DNA from: Parcubacteria group bacterium
GTDB taxonomy: Bacteria > Patescibacteriota > Minisyncoccia > UBA6257 > UBA11618
Direction: 5' to 3'
Length of the DNA: 35,554 nt
NCBI GenBank assembly: GCA_943357895.1
Contig: CALRGO010000005.1
Span: 1-35,554 of the forward strand
The position numbers were made by a program, and so were the translations under genes. Positions within the stretch are counted from its first letter, which is position 1, and each line of letters opens with the position of its first letter. Below the pieces are notes generated by a model. The model did not search any database, was not told where the DNA came from, and worked only from the letters and a program-made list of their open reading frames with translations. Below, piece after piece: positions 7,729-18,249 of this stretch.

Positions 7729-9021
7729 TCAAAGCGAAGCTATGCCTGCATTCTGGAGCGCCGCAATATCGTTCTCAAACTGCGCTGCTTTTTTTACCAC
7801 GCGCTCGCCGTATGTCCATAAGTAGTTTTGCCACCGGCCACCGGCGTAATAGCGCGCCGCCGCGCGGCGGTATGCCGTTGCATCCACCTCTGTCCCCGCC
7901 CCCGCGTCTTTCATGTACAAGGCAGTCGCCACAAACGCGTCCGCGTGCCGCCACGGCGACGGCGGGTTATTGCCGGTTAAGGCAGTAATACGCGACACAA
8001 ACCCCTTCCACGTCGCGGGGATAAACTGCGATACGCCCATAGCGCCGCCGTACGCACCGTCTGAATTAGCGCACGAAACGAGCGTCGTATCAGGGTTCAT
8101 CCCCAATTGCGCCGTAAGCTCCAAAAAAATCGATACGTCGCGCGTAGGGTGCATTGATTTCTGGTACGTACATCGGCCGACGTTACGGCCTAAGGCAGAC
8201 TCACCATCAAGCACCGCAAGCAAAAGCGCGGGGCGAATACCCACCATACCCGCTGCAGACTTGGCTATCTGGTACGCCTTCTCGAACGTAAGCGCTCCCC
8301 CGCCCGCAAATTCAAAGATACGGCTACGAATCTGCGCTGCTGTCTTTTGCGATTCTTTTAAAAGCACTTGATACTGGCTTTCCTGCCCCTTGGTTTCTTT
8401 AAGCAAAATATCCTTTTCTTTCTTCGCCGCAAGAACGACTTTATTCTGCTCATCGCGCGCAACCTTCAACTGCGCTGCATCCGTCTTTTTTTCTGCTAGA
8501 TGTTCTTGCAAATCAACCAGTTCATCGCGCGCCGCAACGGTTTTTTGCAACGCCTCCTTCAAGCTACCCTGTAGCGAAAAAAGTCCATCAATATTATTAA
8601 AAAATCCCGAAAGCGTGGGGTTCATTACAAGTATCTCCGCCAAGCTTACACCCCCTTCTTCATGCAGGGACTGTAATGCTGCCGTAAGCATCTGCTTGTT
8701 TGTTTGGAGCTTAATAGTCGTCACCTGAATATCACCCTGATTTTTCTTTATTTCCTTATCGAGTTTCAAAAGCGACAACGATATCGCCTTAATTTCCAAA
8801 TTAAGCTTTTTCGTTTTCGCGTTCATTGTGGCTATTTCGCCGTTCAACGTCTTACCCTGCTTTTGGTACGTACCGATTGTTTTTTCATACGCCTCAATTT
8901 GCGCCTCAATTTCTTTTAATTGCGCCTCAAGGACGGCCCGCTCGGCGGCTGATGTCGTTTGCCCGTGCGCAAAAAACGGCACGGTGAGCAATACCAATAA
9001 CAATGCGGCGAAATGCCTCAT
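7729..9021 (-). CDS. secreted coiled-coil protein with a C-terminal lytic transglycosylase domain
   Basis: Signal peptide MRHFAALLL..AHG, long coiled coil, and GESALG and GGAMGVSQFIPATW lysozyme-like motifs. Confidence 0.85.
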   Translation of the reverse strand: MRHFAALLLVLLTVPFFAHGQTTSAAERAVLEAQLKEIEAQIEAYEKTIGTYQKQGKTLNGEIATMNAKTKKLNLEIKAISLSLLKLDKEIKKNQGDIQVTTIKLQTNKQMLTAALQSLHEEGGVSLAEILVMNPTLSGFFNNIDGLFSLQGSLKEALQKTVAARDELVDLQEHLAEKKTDAAQLKVARDEQNKVVLAAKKEKDILLKETKGQESQYQVLLKESQKTAAQIRSRIFEFAGGGALTFEKAYQIAKSAAGMVGIRPALLLAVLDGESALGRNVGRCTYQKSMHPTRDVSIFLELTAQLGMNPDTTLVSCANSDGAYGGAMGVSQFIPATWKGFVSRITALTGNNPPSPWRHADAFVATALYMKDAGAGTEVDATAYRRAAARYYAGGRWQNYLWTYGERVVKKAAQFENDIAALQNAGIASL

Positions 9022-9085
9022 AGATAGATATAAGCCTACCATGCTTTTGCGAGTACGAAAAAAGCGCCCTGCGGCGCCTGTTTCG

Positions 9086-9748
9086 TTATTCTTTAGCGGA
9101 ATCTTCCTTTTCAGCCTTTGCTTTTTCGCGTGCCGCCTTCTGTTCGTCCGTCTCCGACTTCACGTCGTCCATAGTCATTGTGGGCGCCTCGGCAACTTCC
9201 TCTTCGCGCGGGGCGGCAACGGTTGCAACCATCGCGTCCGGCTCAGCTTGAATAACCGCCTTCTTGCTAATAGCGAGATCCTTCACGAGAATGCTGTCGC
9301 CTACGTTTACGAGCTTATTAAGATCAACAATCAAGGAGTGCGGCATGTCAGCCGGAAGCGCTTCGACTTCGAAGTCGGATGCCGCTTTTATAAGCACTGC
9401 ACCCGCCTTTACTGCCGGTGACTCGCCGACAAACTCAACCGGCACGTATGCCGTAAGCTTTTGATCCATGCGAACTTGGCGAAAGTCGGCGTGCTCAACA
9501 ACGCCCGAAAACGAATCACGTACCACGTCTTGAATAAGCACCGAAACCTTAGCGCCCGCGGCGTTAAGTGTAACAACGGTTGTTTCGCCCGCCGCTTTAT
9601 ATGCCTTTGCAAATTCCTTCGCAGGTACGGCAACATGCACGTTATCGAAACCGTTACCGTACACTTCGCCAATTACGAAGCCCTTCTTACGCCATATTTT
9701 CGCTGCGCTCCGTCCGGTTGCCGTGCGCACTTCTGCCTTAAGTTCCAT
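9086..9748 (-). CDS. rplY: 50S ribosomal protein L25 (Ctc form)
   Basis: LKAEVR, GEVYG, HADF, VPVEFVGESPAVK and an acidic tail. Confidence 0.95.
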   Translation of the reverse strand: MELKAEVRTATGRSAAKIWRKKGFVIGEVYGNGFDNVHVAVPAKEFAKAYKAAGETTVVTLNAAGAKVSVLIQDVVRDSFSGVVEHADFRQVRMDQKLTAYVPVEFVGESPAVKAGAVLIKAASDFEVEALPADMPHSLIVDLNKLVNVGDSILVKDLAISKKAVIQAEPDAMVATVAAPREEEVAEAPTMTMDDVKSETDEQKAAREKAKAEKEDSAKE

Positions 9749-9785
9749 ATAAGTCCCGTAACTATACCACGATGGGGCGGATTAT

Positions 9786-10643
9786 TCAATACAGGCTTAT
9801 TTTCGCCTTAATTGCCTGATAAACAGCTTCTTCCCCTGCGGCGAGCAACTTATAGGGAGCGACCTCGTCGGGCATTTCTTTAAGTGATTCCCCGAGCTTT
9901 TCGCGCCACGCGCGACGGATTTCGGTATTGATATGGATTACGGAAATACCGGCTTTAATTGCCGCGCGGATATCGGCATCGCTGTTGCCGCTCGCCCCGT
10001 GGAGCACCAAAGGGATCGGTTTACCCTGAGCTTGTCGAAGGGCGTCTTTTATTTTTTTGATAAGCGGAATGTCGAGTGCCGGCTCGTTGCCGCTTGCCAT
10101 CATGCCATGCACGTTGCCCACGGCAGGCGCCAACATATCCACGCCCGTTTCTTGCACGAACCGCACTGCGTCTTTTACCGTCGTTTTTTGAACTCCTTTG
10201 GGAACTTTCTTGAAGACTTGGGAGGCGGTGCCGATGTAGCCCAGCTCGCCTTCCACGATGACACGCGGGCTTACAATGCGCACGTATTCCACGGCGCGTT
10301 TTGTTTCGCGGATGTTTTCTGGAAGTGTGAGGCCCGCGCCGTCGAATATAACGGCGTCGAACCCCGTTTCAACCGCCTCTTTTAGTTTTTCGAACGACTT
10401 AGTATGGTCCGCGTTCAAGTATATTTTTAATCCCTGCGCCCGATACGCGCGTACTAACGCAACGGCTTCGCGCACGCCCACAAATTCCCGCTCGCCCTCC
10501 GAGAGCCCCATAATAATAGGCACGTTAAGCTCCCGCGCCACGCGCGCGGCGGCCTTAAGCGCCGAAAGTTCCGAAAAATTAAAATGCCAAATAACGCCCC
10601 CGCGGGAAGTAGCCTCGCTTATAACATCACGCAACGATTGCAT
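9786..10643 (-). CDS. fba: class II fructose-bisphosphate aldolase
   Basis: NADH, VEGELG, APAVGNVHG, LVLHGASG and INTE motifs. Start reassigned to MQSLRD after a TGG-TATACT promoter. Confidence 0.92.
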   Translation of the reverse strand: MQSLRDVISEATSRGGVIWHFNFSELSALKAAARVARELNVPIIMGLSEGEREFVGVREAVALVRAYRAQGLKIYLNADHTKSFEKLKEAVETGFDAVIFDGAGLTLPENIRETKRAVEYVRIVSPRVIVEGELGYIGTASQVFKKVPKGVQKTTVKDAVRFVQETGVDMLAPAVGNVHGMMASGNEPALDIPLIKKIKDALRQAQGKPIPLVLHGASGNSDADIRAAIKAGISVIHINTEIRRAWREKLGESLKEMPDEVAPYKLLAAGEEAVYQAIKAKISLY

Positions 10644-10675
10644 ATAAAAAGTATACCACCAATAAAAAAACCGCC

Positions 10676-11275
10676 CTACGCTTGATGCGTGGGGCGGATG
10701 GCGATAACGCCGGCTCTGATCAATTCGTCGCGATCCCTGCGCCAATCAACCTCTACCGGATGACCGTGCGAAAGGATACTGCCGCGTAACTCCTCATATG
10801 CACCTTCGGATACCCGCATGCTATTGCAATGATGGCATTCTTCAAGCGTCGCCAAAACCATATCAGACCGAGCATACATCAAGCCGTTAATGTCCGGATG
10901 AGTATGCACCACGAGCGTAAAATCGCTTTCAACGCACGCATGCTGCGCGGCGCTCAGCATGCTGATTGCGATACCGTCATCCTCCCTTTTCCGACCATGG
11001 TGGTAGAAAAAGAAATTATTGCCAGCTCCCGCGACGTCGTGCGGGGGGTTGGGGAAGAAATGGATATGCGGAGGAATGGCAAATTTCTTCGGCATCGTTT
11101 CGGCTAAACGCAATCCATCACGCAACCACCCGACATACCGCTTGAATTGTTCGGAGGTCAAGCGAATGCCATCAACGATAACCGGAATGCTATTGTGCAA
11201 TTCGGTTAAAATCTCCGCACGCCAAGAATCCCTTTCGTACAGATCTTCCATCCAATCTAAAGCGTTTTTAGGCAC
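10676..11275 (-). CDS. hypothetical protein with a zincin-like EExxH motif (orphan cassette 3, gene 2)
   Basis: 199 aa, GTG start with AGGGAGG SD, VLATLEECHH helix. The 3' end overlaps the terminator hairpin at 10664-10697. Confidence 0.7.
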   Translation of the reverse strand: MPKNALDWMEDLYERDSWRAEILTELHNSIPVIVDGIRLTSEQFKRYVGWLRDGLRLAETMPKKFAIPPHIHFFPNPPHDVAGAGNNFFFYHHGRKREDDGIAISMLSAAQHACVESDFTLVVHTHPDINGLMYARSDMVLATLEECHHCNSMRVSEGAYEELRGSILSHGHPVEVDWRRDRDELIRAGVIAIRPTHQA

Positions 11276-11299
11276 GATGGCCTCCCTTCTAAGATTTTG

Positions 11300-11767
11300 T
11301 TAGTTAGAACTCGGACGAGGACCTGCTTGCATGCCGAATTTCGTTGCAACCGCTTCGATTTTTCGATATTCAGCCATATGAAGCGGAATCATCGAAATCG
11401 TCGCGTCAGGATGACGCTCTTGCAATCCACGAAAGAGAATTAACGCCCCTGCTTGCAATAACTCAGTGCGCTCCGTTGGAGCCGAAACGAAAGCGATCAA
11501 ATGCGGCTGACTCGGCGTGCGTTTTGGTACGCCCACACCACCAAGTAAATTAGCGGCAGCCGTCGTCAAGATCAGGATATTCCGCTCGGATAAGAAACTT
11601 CTCAATCCAGCCGCGAAACGGGCTAAATCGGAAAGAGATATCCGCGTAGTGATGATTTCGAACGCGAGAGGTTCTGTGAGTCCGTTTTCCGGCACCACAG
11701 GCATCTCCCACCGCAAGTGGTCATACGCGACTACCTCTTCTGACTGCGGAAAACGATTTGTAGACAC
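11300..11767 (-). CDS. hypothetical protein (orphan cassette 3, gene 1)
   Basis: 155 aa, GTG start with AAGGAG SD, promoter TTGACA-17-CAAAAT (11846-11818). Confidence 0.7.
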   Translation of the reverse strand: MSTNRFPQSEEVVAYDHLRWEMPVVPENGLTEPLAFEIITTRISLSDLARFAAGLRSFLSERNILILTTAAANLLGGVGVPKRTPSQPHLIAFVSAPTERTELLQAGALILFRGLQERHPDATISMIPLHMAEYRKIEAVATKFGMQAGPRPSSN

Positions 11768-11867
11768 GATACTCTCCTTCTCAAATAGGTTTTCAGTGAA
11801 CAGCTAACAACAGTGCTATTTTGCACTATTTAATACTTTTTGTCAAATACGAGCGAAGTAAACCTCT

Positions 11868-14129
11868 TTAAGGATAATAGATATTAGCAACTGTCATCGG
11901 CATCTCGATTGGGTTCCAAGTCATGCTAGAGGGCGAACCATCACTCCATGTAATATCCCCTGCATTTTTAATTTGCACGGACAATGAATCCTGGGCATTC
12001 GAGTTGTTCGTAAATAAACTTGAATCAACGCGTATCCAGACTTTTTTAGTTTTTACTCCATTTGGAATTAGAGCGCTATCAAGACTAAAAGTAACTGAGC
12101 ATGACCCTGCTATTCCTGCATTGCAGATTTTTTGATTACTTAACCCCGTGACAGACCCCCACGTTGCATCAGGAAAAGTAGAGCTTGCGAAGGACTTAAT
12201 CATTAAGTCGACTGAAAATGCAGACACAGGAGACGTTGTAGACGTTACGGGCGGCATTATCGCCCTACCCGAAAAATCAAGTTTTACGGTTTTTATACTT
12301 ACGCCGTCCCCTGTTGCCCCCCACTCAAAAGCTGGTATATCTTTAGTCCCGATAAAATCCATCACAACACGGTCATGATAGATAACGGTTTGAGCTAAAG
12401 GCAGGGCGACAGTTGCCTTAGAAGTAGAAGCCGTACTAGATCCATCAACAACAGTCTGTGCGACCCCTGACGGCGTTCCTGTAATTACTGCTAGAACCCC
12501 TGAAGATGAGTCAGATGCCACTACGTCCGCCGTTGAAGCGATGCCAAACGTATGCACGGAACCGCTCTTAGCAATAGTTGATGTTGGTGTAAGAACATTA
12601 GCCCGTACCACGAATGTCTTCGAGGCGCCTCTTGAAATAATTATTGGATTTCCGAATCCATCGGCTATCTGACTAAAAGATATTTTACCAGGAGAATCAG
12701 CCGTAAGACCCATAGTCACTGGCCCTGCCAATAAAACACCCGTATTAGGATCGTATAACCCGATATTATACAAAGAAACTTTACCGGCATCGTTATTCGT
12801 AATCGTATCCGTAAATTTCAAACTTGAAATTTTCACATCACTGTCCGTGGATAATCTTATTTTATAAACGATATTATTCTCAGATCCCATCACCAATGAG
12901 TTCGAAATACCCGTCGTATCACTCGAAACGGTTACTTGTGGGCCAGCAGCCACTGGCGCTGAAATAACAGGAAGACGATTGCCTAATATCTCCCCACTAC
13001 TTACGGTGCCCGACCCCGAAACTGTTGCCACGTTCGCATAAGGAGCGGCAATCAAATTCCCTGAAATCTCCTTAATAACCGCTTGCGACTTGATATCGGC
13101 TTTCACCGATATGACACGCGGCTGGTTCGCGGGAAGGAAATACCCCAAATTCCCCATGGGTAGGCCGAAATCGGCACGATACGAATTAGAAAAAGTACCT
13201 ACAGTACCCCAATTACCGGATGGAACGGCTATAGACGAACCGATAACGGTGCCCCTATTGTCAACAAGCCTGATATTGCTAATATCCGCGGAAACCGGAG
13301 TAAGACCCTGATCTAGCCCAGCCGTAATCCGTACTTGTAAAAACCTTATGTTCCAATCTTCACCTCCAGGAGTCACGACGAATTTCATAAGTGTAGCGTC
13401 CGTTGTCCCGACGGCGACGCTACTCGACGGAGTATCTTGCGCCCTTTCAAATTTAATAGCGGCCTATTGAGTAGAAGTTGAGGAGGAACTGGTAATTGCC
13501 TGACCGCCGACCGAAAAATTCGGTTTAACTAATACCTCTGCGGAAATAAAAGTCAAAAACGGCAACCCGTTATTGATGCGCGAAAATTGCGGCGTTGCCG
13601 TTACCTCAAACACAATCGTTTTACCCGGATCCACGGGAAAACCTGCTGAAGTAGTGCTTGATAATGAAATAGATTGAGTAGTGCTGGTATTTGTAACTGA
13701 AGCGCTAATTGAAAAAGAAGTAGAAGTAGTAGAAGTACCAATAAACGACCTCACGGAGGCCATTGGCGAATTCGGGGGAACGGACAGACCCACCTTTTTT
13801 AGATATATAACGTCGCTACTATTATTTGAAATGGTAAATGACCCCATAACCTGACCAGCCCTGCCTTGACTAAAAACAAGGGGATTTGTTCTTAGTGTAT
13901 TTACCCCTATGCTCAAGAGAGCGGGTGCAGTGGAGGTGGTAGAGCCAAGCACCTGCGCGCGTAAGTCATTATATCGAGATTCGATTATATTAGCGCGGGC
14001 AAACGCCCCGCCAGACGCAACATCATTCCCTTTTTTTAGGAAAACGCCGACACCAAAAACGACTGCGCACGTAAAAATTATCACCATGGCGCCATTCATA
14101 ATTCCTACAGATACTTTTTTATCTCCCAT
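11868..14129 (-). pseudogene. S-layer/Ig-like repeat surface protein interrupted by one in-frame TAG (ORFs 13464-14129 and 11868-13388)
   Basis: Both ORFs share a frame. The 25 codons after the TAG read AAIKFERAQDTPSSSVAVGTTDATL with no stop. There is an N-terminal TM segment and Ser/Thr-rich beta-strand domains. Confidence 0.8.
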
Positions 14130-14169
14130 ATCTAAATATTTATTTTTATTAATTTATATAGTCTTAAAT

Positions 14170-14217
14170 AGGATACCACTATTCCGCCCCCCCCCCGACA
14201 CAAAAAAGTTATCCACA
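14170..14217 (-). promoter_or_regulatory. promoter region with a G10 tract and DnaA-box consensus
   Basis: TGG-TATCCT extended -10 (14175-14170), C10 at 14187-14196, TTATCCACA at 14209-14217. Confidence 0.55.
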
Positions 14218-14225
14218 GGCATCTA

Positions 14226-15482
14226 TTACACCGCAAACCAGCCCTGCACGATGTTTTTGCGGCTTAATTCCTCGAGTTGCTTTACGCTGAAATATTCTGT
14301 AAAAATCTTATTCCATAGCGCTTCTTGCTCGTGATACAGGTAGCGAATCTCTTTGCGCTTTACGAGGGTCATTATAACGTCACCCAGGTTAAGGCTCACG
14401 AGCTCATCCTCACCTAAGTCCGTCTTAAAAAAATCACCCACCCAGCCGGCGCCGTTCCAAAAGCGCAGGTCGTCGCCGCCTAAATGCATCACGTCGTCTT
14501 CCGCCCGCTGCCAGTGCAACGCCTCGGGGTTTACACGCGGCTCCGCCAAGCGCCAATCATTCGGATCAATCTTCGCCAAGTAGCGCTGCACTACAAGAAA
14601 GCGCGGCCGCGCGCCTTCAGGTAATTCCTCCGGCAGACGTTTTTCAATCACATCCCCCCGAAGCATAGAAATAACACTTGCGGCAAACGCTGCCTTATCT
14701 TTTTTATACTCGCGAAACGCGTCTGCGTAATACGCCACTTCGTGGAAGTAGTGGAGAAGGAGCGAAACAAGCCGAAGCGTCTCGCCCGATATGCCAAGGA
14801 AAATCGGGATGACGAAAATAACGCCGAGTTCTTTTAAGTGGCTTACGTTATGGAACTTTTTGGCGACGAACGTTTCGGCAACTTTCGCCCATTTTTCGTT
14901 GAGGGCGCGCATTTCTATATCACGCTCCTCAAAGTCGGCTGGCGTAAGTGCCTCGTATTGCTTAAAAAATATCTCGTTTTGCCACTTTTCGTCTTCCAAA
15001 AAACGAAGGGCGCTATACACTTCTTCCAAATTCTCGTTTTCGAGAAGCGTGTCGACGTTTTCATATTTAAGGGCTTTTAAAATATTTAGGGGCGGCACCG
15101 CACGCAAGAATTCACGCGCTTTCGCATGCTTTAAGAAAAACCCTCTGCGTGACCCGCCATACGCCGACTTAACAAACGAAACGACCGCTGCAGAAGCGGC
15201 ATGCCCCCGCAACGACGCATGACCTACAAGCTCTAAAATCTTTAAGTCATCCGCCTCAACTTTAGAAACCAAGGCATCGTACACCTCTTGTGCCTTCGCT
15301 TCATGGATCACGCCGAGCATTGCAAGTTTTTCGCCCACGATACGTTCGTTTTCGAAAAAAATCTTCTCAATAATCTCCGTCTTCCCCGTTATGCGTTCAA
15401 GAGATGTGATAAATTCAAAAAAACCATTCTTCGGAATTTTTAATATCCGCGCAATTTTTTCTTGGTACAAATTACTATCCAT
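14226..15482 (-). CDS. hypothetical protein translationally coupled to the PfkB kinase
   Basis: 418 aa ORF overlapping the kinase stop by 8 nt. No family recognised with confidence. Confidence 0.85.
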   Translation of the reverse strand: MDSNLYQEKIARILKIPKNGFFEFITSLERITGKTEIIEKIFFENERIVGEKLAMLGVIHEAKAQEVYDALVSKVEADDLKILELVGHASLRGHAASAAVVSFVKSAYGGSRRGFFLKHAKAREFLRAVPPLNILKALKYENVDTLLENENLEEVYSALRFLEDEKWQNEIFFKQYEALTPADFEERDIEMRALNEKWAKVAETFVAKKFHNVSHLKELGVIFVIPIFLGISGETLRLVSLLLHYFHEVAYYADAFREYKKDKAAFAASVISMLRGDVIEKRLPEELPEGARPRFLVVQRYLAKIDPNDWRLAEPRVNPEALHWQRAEDDVMHLGGDDLRFWNGAGWVGDFFKTDLGEDELVSLNLGDVIMTLVKRKEIRYLYHEQEALWNKIFTEYFSVKQLEELSRKNIVQGWFAV

Positions 15483-16440
15483 TTTTTATTTTAAATAGTT
15501 TCCACCGTGCGTCCTTTTCGAATTGCGTGCGCGTAAGGGCTCCTACATGCGCACCCAGATGTTCCGTAACTGACGTGGCATTCGCGCTCGCAAGGCGCAT
15601 GGCATAAGCGATATCTTCTTTCCGGATAAACCCCGCCACAAACCCACTCCCGAAGGCATCCCCCGCGCCCGTGCGACTTACTACATTTTTATCCGCGAAA
15701 ATCCCCGCTTGATATATACGATTACCGTCCGAAACGTGCACGCCGCGCGGCCCATCCGTCATTACGCAGATGCCGTCCACCAGTTCGTCTAAGTACTTAA
15801 AAATCTCTTGCTCTTTTGTGGGCGCGATACCGGTTATTATCGCCGCTTCTTCGCGGTTCACGAGCAGTAGCTTTATTTTAGATACCAGCGGCCGAAGTAA
15901 TGCCCCGCGGTTTGCGCAATATGCAGCAGAAGGATTTAAGGCGACGAGAATACCCTGCGCGTAACAATGGTCGATAATCGCCTCCGTTACCGCCGCGTCT
16001 ATATGCGACGGCGTAATATACACCCACTTCGCCGCAAGCTTCGCAAACGGGACGTCTTTTAGCGGTAAACTATCCGCCGCGCCACGGTGCGCAAGCACCG
16101 TACGCTCGCCATCAGGATACAACAGTATCGCGCTCTGCCCCGTCGCTTCACGGGCATCCGCATGCGCCCACGCCGTAATTCCCTCTTTTTCGACTGCACG
16201 CGTAATTGACTCCCCCGCGCTATCCGTGCCCACGCGAAACAATGCCGCCGTTTTAAACCCCTGCCGCGCAAACGTAACGGCCGCGTTCACCGCCCCGCCG
16301 CCGACGAAGCATTGCGGTGCGCCGACTTCCGCCTTCGCGCCTTTTTCGAATTTAAAACTATCGCTCGTAAGCGGATAAAAAACATCCTGCGTCGCTGTGC
16401 CGATAGTTATAACGTCGAAGACTCCCTCCTCTCTCTCCAT
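15475..16440 (-). CDS. PfkB-family carbohydrate kinase
   Basis: GGGAVNAA, VNREEA and RTGAGDAFGSGF signatures. Confidence 0.93.
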   Translation of the reverse strand: MEREEGVFDVITIGTATQDVFYPLTSDSFKFEKGAKAEVGAPQCFVGGGAVNAAVTFARQGFKTAALFRVGTDSAGESITRAVEKEGITAWAHADAREATGQSAILLYPDGERTVLAHRGAADSLPLKDVPFAKLAAKWVYITPSHIDAAVTEAIIDHCYAQGILVALNPSAAYCANRGALLRPLVSKIKLLLVNREEAAIITGIAPTKEQEIFKYLDELVDGICVMTDGPRGVHVSDGNRIYQAGIFADKNVVSRTGAGDAFGSGFVAGFIRKEDIAYAMRLASANATSVTEHLGAHVGALTRTQFEKDARWKLFKIKNG

Positions 16441-16461
16441 AGGAGGAAGTATAACACGACG

Positions 16462-18222
16462 TTATTCAACCGTGGCGCGGATGCGACGGATACCTTGGGA
16501 GACGGCTTCTTCCTTTATGATTTTGAAAACGCCGAGGGCAGAAGTATGGGTTACGTGCGGGCCGCCGCAGAATTCTTTGCTGTAGGCAGACGCGAGCGTA
16601 GTACCCACGTAATACACTTTTACCGTATCCGGATATTTTTCTTTAAAATAATATAGAGCGCCGGTTTTTTTAGCTTCTACTAGCGGCATTTCAACGAAGG
16701 TCATGGGTAGATCCTCCTTAACCCGAGCATTAACGATATCCTCTACTTTCTTTAACTCTTCTGCCGTTACTTTACGCGCAAACGAAAAGTCAAAACGCGT
16801 GCGCTCTACCGTAATATCCGATCCGCGTTGTTCTACTTCGCTACCGAGCACGTCGCGGAGCGCCTGCTGAAGCAAGTGCGTAGCGGTGTGAAGCCGCGTT
16901 ACTTTTTTAAGCTCTTCTTCGCTACCCGCTTTCAATTCTCCCGTATCCAAAATAAGGCCATGGCCGCCAAACTTCTTTTCTGCTCCCGCGCGGGATATAG
17001 CTTGGTGCTTTTCGAATTCTTTATCAAAATCGGCGCGCGTGAGACTCGCCGTCTTATCAGGCGCCATTTCTTTTATTGCCTCGTACGGCAAGCCGTAGCT
17101 TTCGAAGAGCTTGAATGCCGCTTGCGGCGTTACCGCATCCATCCTGCCGAGTTCTTTTGCGCCCTGCGCCATAGTCTTTTGAAACTTCACGTATTCGTCA
17201 TTAAAAACGCCTGTAATGACAACTTCATTAAGCTCCGGATACACAACGGCATATTTTTTAAATATTTCGCGCGTAAGACCAGCGAACAAGGCCCCGTCCA
17301 TGCCTTGCGCGATAATGCGGCGCATGAGCCGACGCAACACATACCCTGCGCCCTTATTCATCGGGCGCACGCCGTCGCTTACGAGAAACGCGATGGCGCG
17401 CGCATGGTCGGCAAAAATACGCGCTGTGCGCTCTGCCGTACCCGTGGGTAATTTCGTGATGAGTGGTAAAAATAAATCCGTTTCAAAGACCGTCTTTGTA
17501 CCCTGCGAAACCATTACGAGGCGCTCCAAGCCCATGCCGGTATCAACCCCAAACTGCGCAAGGGGCTTTAATTCTTTACCTACTGCGCCTGCAAGTAAAT
17601 CCTCGCGCGAGCCGTTATAAAAAAACTGGTTAAAGACGACGTTCCAAATTTCCGTATCTTCACCCGAACCGCTCTTGCAGTAGATCTCCGTGGTGGGGCC
17701 GCACGGACCGGACGAACCCGTCGGCCCCCAGAAAACGTCTTCCATGCCTTCGTAGCGAACATCCGTAACGCCAAGCTCTTTCCAAATGCCGGCGGATTCT
17801 TCGTCGCGCGGCACCGCCTGCCCTGAGCTTGTCGAATGGGAACCCTCGAAGACCGTGACGTAGGAAATTGGCAATGCCATTTCCTTAGTTATAAAATCAA
17901 ACGCCAACGTTATTGCCTCACGCTTCTCGTAACCGCCAAAAGAAAAATTACCAAGCATCTCGAAAAAAGTAAGGTGACGCTCGTCGCCTACTTCGTCGAT
18001 ATCCGAAGTGCGAAACGATTTTTGGCACGACGCCGTACTCTTAGCACCGAAGTCGCGCACTGCATCTACTTCGCCCGTATAATACGGCTTAAACTGCTGC
18101 ATGCCAGCGGTAGTTAAAAGCACTGACGGATCAGATGGCACTAAAGATGACGAAGCGACGGCAGCATGGCCGTTTGTTACAAAAAAATCTAAAAACCGTT
18201 TACGAATTTCATCCGCTTTCAT
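16462..18222 (-). CDS. alaS: alanyl-tRNA synthetase (short form without C-Ala domain)
   Basis: TTAGMQQFKPY, HLTFFEMLGNFSFG, DTGMGLER, and the HTATH and EFCGGPH editing motifs. Confidence 0.97.
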   Translation of the reverse strand: MKADEIRKRFLDFFVTNGHAAVASSSLVPSDPSVLLTTAGMQQFKPYYTGEVDAVRDFGAKSTASCQKSFRTSDIDEVGDERHLTFFEMLGNFSFGGYEKREAITLAFDFITKEMALPISYVTVFEGSHSTSSGQAVPRDEESAGIWKELGVTDVRYEGMEDVFWGPTGSSGPCGPTTEIYCKSGSGEDTEIWNVVFNQFFYNGSREDLLAGAVGKELKPLAQFGVDTGMGLERLVMVSQGTKTVFETDLFLPLITKLPTGTAERTARIFADHARAIAFLVSDGVRPMNKGAGYVLRRLMRRIIAQGMDGALFAGLTREIFKKYAVVYPELNEVVITGVFNDEYVKFQKTMAQGAKELGRMDAVTPQAAFKLFESYGLPYEAIKEMAPDKTASLTRADFDKEFEKHQAISRAGAEKKFGGHGLILDTGELKAGSEEELKKVTRLHTATHLLQQALRDVLGSEVEQRGSDITVERTRFDFSFARKVTAEELKKVEDIVNARVKEDLPMTFVEMPLVEAKKTGALYYFKEKYPDTVKVYYVGTTLASAYSKEFCGGPHVTHTSALGVFKIIKEEAVSQGIRRIRATVE

Positions 18223-18249
18223 TTCCTACCTATCCTATATCAAAATTTC

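Noticed and set aside
10644-10745. N-terminal extension of fba
   Set aside because: It overlaps the upstream gene, terminator and promoter. The aldolase-like sequence begins at MQSLRD.
13464-13466. Genome-wide stop codon reassignment
   Set aside because: TAG, TGA and TAA all end conserved genes at the expected positions (ssb, prfA, rpsR).
16462-18222. alaS as a truncated pseudogene
   Set aside because: Catalytic and editing motifs are intact. Loss of C-Ala is consistent with genome streamlining.
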